Of a DNA stretch of 41,705 bases, positions 38,745-41,705 are shown one piece after another. The notes under the pieces were generated by a model, which did no database searches, was not told the origin of the DNA, and saw nothing but the letters and a program-made list of their open reading frames with translations. Origin of the DNA: a bacterium (GTDB taxonomy: Bacteria; SZUA-182; DTGQ01). The position numbers and the translations under genes are program-made. The DNA lies in NCBI GenBank assembly GCA_040752695.1, contig JBFMGO010000041.1, forward strand, positions 1-41,705, given 5' to 3'. How positions within the stretch are numbered: the first letter of the stretch is position 1; every line of letters starts with the position of its first letter.

Positions 38745-40832
38745 ATGAATACGCAAGACAGGTTTACATCGTGCTTCAAAATAATACTCAGGACTATCGT
38801 CCTTATTTGCTTAATCCTTCCGCTTGGATGCGCAGTCAGGACCGGTCCGATCCTTGTCAAAGATGGGAAGAAATATGGGCGCATTGAAGGTATCTGGGGC
38901 GGAAATTTCTGGAACTTCTACGAGCGGGGTCTCTCCTACGCCGAGGGAGAATTCTGGCCATTAGCCATCACCGATTTTCAGCAGGCGGTGCGCTTAAAGG
39001 GCCGCGACCAGCGGCGAATACGCACGTATGGTCTTCATATTCTCGATGATTATTTCCCCCATCGGGAAATGGGTATTGCCTATTATTTCAGTCAGGATTA
39101 TCAAAAGGCTATTCAAGAGCTTTCCATATCTTTAGAATGTTATCCTTCCGCCAAGGCTAAATATTATATGAATCGTGCACGTGAGGCATCTTTACGCCTG
39201 AGCAGGCACGATACCGCTTCGCCTGTGGTCCTTATTACCTCTCATCGGGACCATCAGGTAGTAGGGGGCTTTGAAGCCACCATTGAAGGCACGGCAGAGG
39301 ATGATTATTTCGTGGAGAAAATCGCCATTAACGGAGTACCTTTCCTCTGCGAACTTTCACAGAAAAATATGCCCTTCAAAACCATCGTGGCCCTTCAGCA
39401 GGGAAGCAACGAAATTCGGGTTGCGGCCAGGGATCTTTTAGGAAAAGAATCAGTAAAGATTCTTCATCTTTTGGCCGACCGACAGGCCCCTGTGCTCTCC
39501 ATAGATGATCTATCCATCATCCAAAAGAGCGGCAACGAAGGGCAAAAGGGCAGCGAGAGGCAAAAAGACAGTCATGAGCAGTTCCTTTCGAGGGAAATCC
39601 ACCTTGAAGGGTATGTGGATGATCTGTGTGGTGTCAAGACCTTTCAGATCGAACACCAACCGGTTGCGCTTGAGACTGAAAAAGGGGGCAGATTTCATTT
39701 CAATACTCTTCTCCCTGAGTCCCTTGAAGCGCTCGCTTTTGTGGCTGAAGACCAGGCAGGCAACCGGGTGGAAGGGCAGATCAAGCTGAAGGATTTTCTA
39801 TCGGCACATTCATCGTCCAGCCGACTGCTCCAGGTTGCCTCGTTGCGTATGGCCGGGCTGGCTGCACAAAACAACGACACGCAGCCGCCAACCCTCAGGA
39901 TCGATACTCCAAAAGGGGATCTGACCGTGGAGTGGGAGACCCTGTTTATTTCCGGAGAGGTCCAGGACGCCGGAGGCATTCGTGACCTTTTGATCGATGA
40001 CGAATCGATCCTGCCGAGGGAAGGGAGGATGATCTATTTTAATCACCTTCTGAAACTTAAGGAAGGGAAAAATTCCATTATCATTAAAGCCATAGATACG
40101 GCTGGAAATGAAAAGATAAAAACGATCGAAGTAGAGCGCACCGTTCATCCGGTCCGCCAGATTGCCTCCCGGATGAGCGTGGCCATCTGTCCTTTAAGCT
40201 ACAGGGGTGAAGACAACCAGAAGCGGGGACTTATGACTGACCTTTTGACGAATGCTTTTGAAAAGCAGGAGCGGTTCCTTATGGTGGACCGGCAGCGAAT
40301 CGACCGGATCGTGCGCCAGTTGGAAGAACAAGGGGATACTGACTTTTCTCCCCAGGAGGTGGGAAAACTGGTTTCCGCTGAATCGGTTCTGGCCGGCCGT
40401 ATTTATGAAGATAAGGGATTTGTGGAGATTGTGGCCCGGCTTGTTGACACCGAAACCTCCGTAATCCTGGATTCCGAGGATGTTTATGGCGAAGGTGGCT
40501 TAAGGAGTATCAGAATCCTACTCAATGGATTGGCCCTGAAGTTCAAGCAAAGCTTCCCTCTGGTGGAAGGGGAAATTATGGAAAAAGATGGCCGGAATAT
40601 ACTCGTTGACATCGGCAGAGAAAAAAATATCAAGGAATACACCAAATTTATCATCTTTAGAGAGGGCAAAAGCAGTAATGACCCTATAACCCAAAAGATA
40701 TTGGAATTCAACCCCTATGTGCTGGGAGAAGCCAAAATCTTGAAGGTCTTCGATCAATTTTCCGAAGCGGGCCTTATTTCGAAGGAACAGCAGGAGAGTG
40801 TTCGTATTAAGGATCACGTAATCACCAAATGA
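38745..40832 (+). CDS. Lipoprotein with TPR, Ig-like repeats and CsgG-like + FlgT-C-like domains
   Basis: Lipobox-like LPLGC; TPR helices (YERGLSYAE, HREMGIAYYF...AI.EL); D-x-x-P-x-(L/V)-x-I...D.AGN Ig repeats; FLMVDRQRIDRI...VGKLVSAE; ILVDIGRE. Confidence 0.75.
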   Translation: MNTQDRFTSCFKIILRTIVLICLILPLGCAVRTGPILVKDGKKYGRIEGIWGGNFWNFYERGLSYAEGEFWPLAITDFQQAVRLKGRDQRRIRTYGLHILDDYFPHREMGIAYYFSQDYQKAIQELSISLECYPSAKAKYYMNRAREASLRLSRHDTASPVVLITSHRDHQVVGGFEATIEGTAEDDYFVEKIAINGVPFLCELSQKNMPFKTIVALQQGSNEIRVAARDLLGKESVKILHLLADRQAPVLSIDDLSIIQKSGNEGQKGSERQKDSHEQFLSREIHLEGYVDDLCGVKTFQIEHQPVALETEKGGRFHFNTLLPESLEALAFVAEDQAGNRVEGQIKLKDFLSAHSSSSRLLQVASLRMAGLAAQNNDTQPPTLRIDTPKGDLTVEWETLFISGEVQDAGGIRDLLIDDESILPREGRMIYFNHLLKLKEGKNSIIIKAIDTAGNEKIKTIEVERTVHPVRQIASRMSVAICPLSYRGEDNQKRGLMTDLLTNAFEKQERFLMVDRQRIDRIVRQLEEQGDTDFSPQEVGKLVSAESVLAGRIYEDKGFVEIVARLVDTETSVILDSEDVYGEGGLRSIRILLNGLALKFKQSFPLVEGEIMEKDGRNILVDIGREKNIKEYTKFIIFREGKSSNDPITQKILEFNPYVLGEAKILKVFDQFSEAGLISKEQQESVRIKDHVITK

Positions 40833-40841
40833 GGAAGGAAA

Positions 40842-41705
40842 ATGGCTATAAGGGCAATGGAAAAAAAGAAGCTGATTACCTGGTGTACAGCCTGGCTCAT
40901 GTTTGGAATCGTATTGTTGTATTATGCACCTGCCTGTTCCCAGGACCCCATGCCAACCTCGCCTCCGGTCCCGGTAGGTTCAGGGGCCAGGGCACAGGGA
41001 ATGGGAGGAGCCTTCATTGCCGTAGCAGACGATGCCACTGCGGCGTCATGGAATCCGGGAGGACTCGGACAATTGCAGAAGCCGGAAATGTCGTTGGTAC
41101 TGAGCGGGTTTTCCCGTAATGAAGATTATGATAGCTCTCAGAAAGATGACACGAGGTCCTCTACTTCATCATCCGATCTTAATTATTTAAGTTACGCATA
41201 TGCCAGAAATATCTGGCGGAGAAATTTCTTTATCTCTCTCAATTATCAGAAATTGTTTGACTTTAGCCGAAAGGTGAAGTTCACTGAGACCTACCCTTCT
41301 GATGAATTAATCAGTGCCTATACGGTAAAGTATGATTTTCAGCAAGATGGTTCCCTCTATGCCTTTTCGCCAGCCCTATCGGTAGAGGTTGTACCTGGTT
41401 TTTATGCCGGCTTGGCTTACAACACCTGGTCTGAGCAGATTACCGGCAGAGGCCATTGGGAAGGCCGGAAACGATACACATCGGAAATGGATATGTTAGG
41501 TACACATTATACGCTTATTGGTGATTTTAAAACAAGGTACAAAGTCTCGCAGGGGGAAAATCTGACCTTGGGGTTCCTGTGGAAAATCACCCAACAGCTT
41601 CAGGTGGGCGGAGTTTATAAAACACCTTTCAGAGCCAAAGTAAAAGCTGTGTGTCAGGGGTTTGTTATGGATACCATGGATCCTGATCCGAACGGAACAA
41701 TTCCA
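40842..41705 (+). CDS. FadL/OmpP1-like outer-membrane beta-barrel (5' part; continues beyond the window)
   Basis: Not in the ORF track. Manual translation from ATG 40842 gives MAIRAMEKKKLITW...signal...PVGSGARAQGMGGAFIAVADDATAASWNPGGLGQL, the GxxA.GMGGA...D.TA..WNPAGL hatch motif of FadL/PorV-type barrels. Confidence 0.85.
   Translation, partial: MAIRAMEKKKLITWCTAWLMFGIVLLYYAPACSQDPMPTSPPVPVGSGARAQGMGGAFIAVADDATAASWNPGGLGQLQKPEMSLVLSGFSRNEDYDSSQKDDTRSSTSSSDLNYLSYAYARNIWRRNFFISLNYQKLFDFSRKVKFTETYPSDELISAYTVKYDFQQDGSLYAFSPALSVEVVPGFYAGLAYNTWSEQITGRGHWEGRKRYTSEMDMLGTHYTLIGDFKTRYKVSQGENLTLGFLWKITQQLQVGGVYKTPFRAKVKAVCQGFVMDTMDPDPNGTIP

Noticed and set aside
40829..41119. 96-aa ORF in the track
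   Set aside because: Out-of-frame shadow of the FadL-like gene starting at 40842

Overview
A 41.7 kb chromosomal window from a diderm bacterium (lpxC present). The yicC-remA-gmk-rpoZ-coaBC order and a sigma54 site at lpxC suggest a Deltaproteobacteria/Nitrospinota-like anaerobe; this taxonomy is inference only. Most of the window is housekeeping: yicC-remA-gmk-rpoZ-coaBC; a long minus-strand run (rng-rplU-rpmA-obgE-proB-proA-nadD-rsfS-rlmH-apgM-comF-gap-pgk-tpiA); a complete polyamine operon (speD-pdaD-speE-speB); lpxC, pyrF, topA, dprA and a cyclophilin. Three accessory modules stand out. (1) At the right end, an operon encodes an ECF sigma factor, a soluble zinc-finger anti-sigma, a membrane-anchored CHAT (caspase-like) protease with a periplasmic CsgG-like domain, a TPR/Ig/CsgG-like lipoprotein and a FadL-like outer-membrane barrel. 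It looks like a CRISPR-independent, trans-envelope proteolytic signalling system. (2) A di-heme cytochrome b is paired with rnfC and rnfD but no other Rnf subunit, and is followed by a Cys-PAS kinase and two receiver proteins. (3) An AT-rich gene encodes a secreted lectin-like beta-propeller with both cohesin and dockerin domains. No rRNA, tRNA, CRISPR array or transposase was recognised.
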